Virus record (IMG/VR): IMGVR_UViG_3300031949_000858
Location: 1 to 54,617 of that record
Length of the DNA: 54,617 bases
Origin: a virus
Taxonomy: Duplodnaviria > Caudoviricetes
Direction: 5' to 3' (one strand)
The notes beneath the pieces were generated by a model, which saw nothing but the letters and a program-made list of their open reading frames with translations, made no database searches and was not told the DNA's origin. Within the stretch, counting starts at the first letter, position 1. Every line of letters begins with the position of its first letter. This document shows, piece after piece, positions 54,306 through 54,617 of this stretch. The translations under genes were made by a program, and so were the position numbers.

Positions 54306-54583
54306 CTCACCTCCACCACTTCCCTTCCCGTCGCCGTACACAGATAGCTAACCTGTCCGCTGAATAGCGCAAATGGCCTTCCCGTTAGCTGGTCCCGAAA
54401 CGTTATAAAGCCGTCTTCTACTTCTGTATCCTCTGCTAAACGGTCAAACCGTAGCAGCTTCGGCCGGCTGGCGTCGGTTGCTACACATTCCCATATTTCA
54501 CTCGCTTTAGCTCTCGGCCAGAGTACTACCACCCCTAACCCTATCACTAAGGCTCCAGTAAACAACCCCTCTACCCAGTTCAT
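54302..54583 (-). CDS. Membrane-anchored hypothetical protein
   Basis: N-terminal TM; AAAGGA SD. Confidence 0.6.
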   Translation of the reverse strand: MNWVEGLFTGALVIGLGVVVLWPRAKASEIWECVATDASRPKLLRFDRLAEDTEVEDGFITFRDQLTGRPFALFSGQVSYLCTATGREVVEVR

Positions 54584-54617
54584 TGGTTGGTCCTTTCGCT
54601 GCCGTCTAACGAGTCGG
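54475..54617. repeat. Terminal direct repeat / circular assembly overlap (copy 2)
   Basis: Matches 1-143 with one mismatch. Confidence 0.95.

Noticed and set aside
1-54617. Stop-codon reassignment
   Set aside because: Core genes are intact in code 11, and TAG, TGA and TAA all end tightly coupled genes

Overview
The window looks like a complete, circularly permuted genome of a tailed dsDNA phage (about 54.47 kb; bases 1-143 recur at 54475-54617 with one mismatch). It appears podovirus-like: no tape measure or sheath gene is seen, and adaptor/nozzle genes are followed by a GNAT and three large ejection-type proteins. No integrase is recognisable. Layout: (i) a minus-strand early/accessory arm (6296 down to 1, continuing 54617 down to about 51560) with DUF932, Imm5-like, HAD phosphatase, Ead/Ea22-like, XF1762/Mom-like and many small overlapping ORFs; (ii) a minus-strand recombination/replication arm (51355-37987) with Cas4-like nuclease, AAA_24 ATPase, SSB-like protein, UDG-exonuclease, vWA, family A polymerase, DUF3987 ATPase, holin-like protein and FliA-like sigma factor; (iii) a 1.9 kb non-coding region (6297-8228) with divergent sigma70 promoters, iterated repeats and GCGAAGC mini-hairpins; (iv) a plus-strand packaging/virion/lysis arm (8229-37990). 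The most unusual observations are: virion-module proteins, including an apparent tail fibre, with classical Sec signal peptides and many cysteines; a DNA polymerase split inside its proofreading domain and with non-canonical motifs; a lid-less PurD-like ATP-grasp relic; and accessory genes that share short coding junction sequences. All family calls come from recognising motifs by eye, with no database searches.
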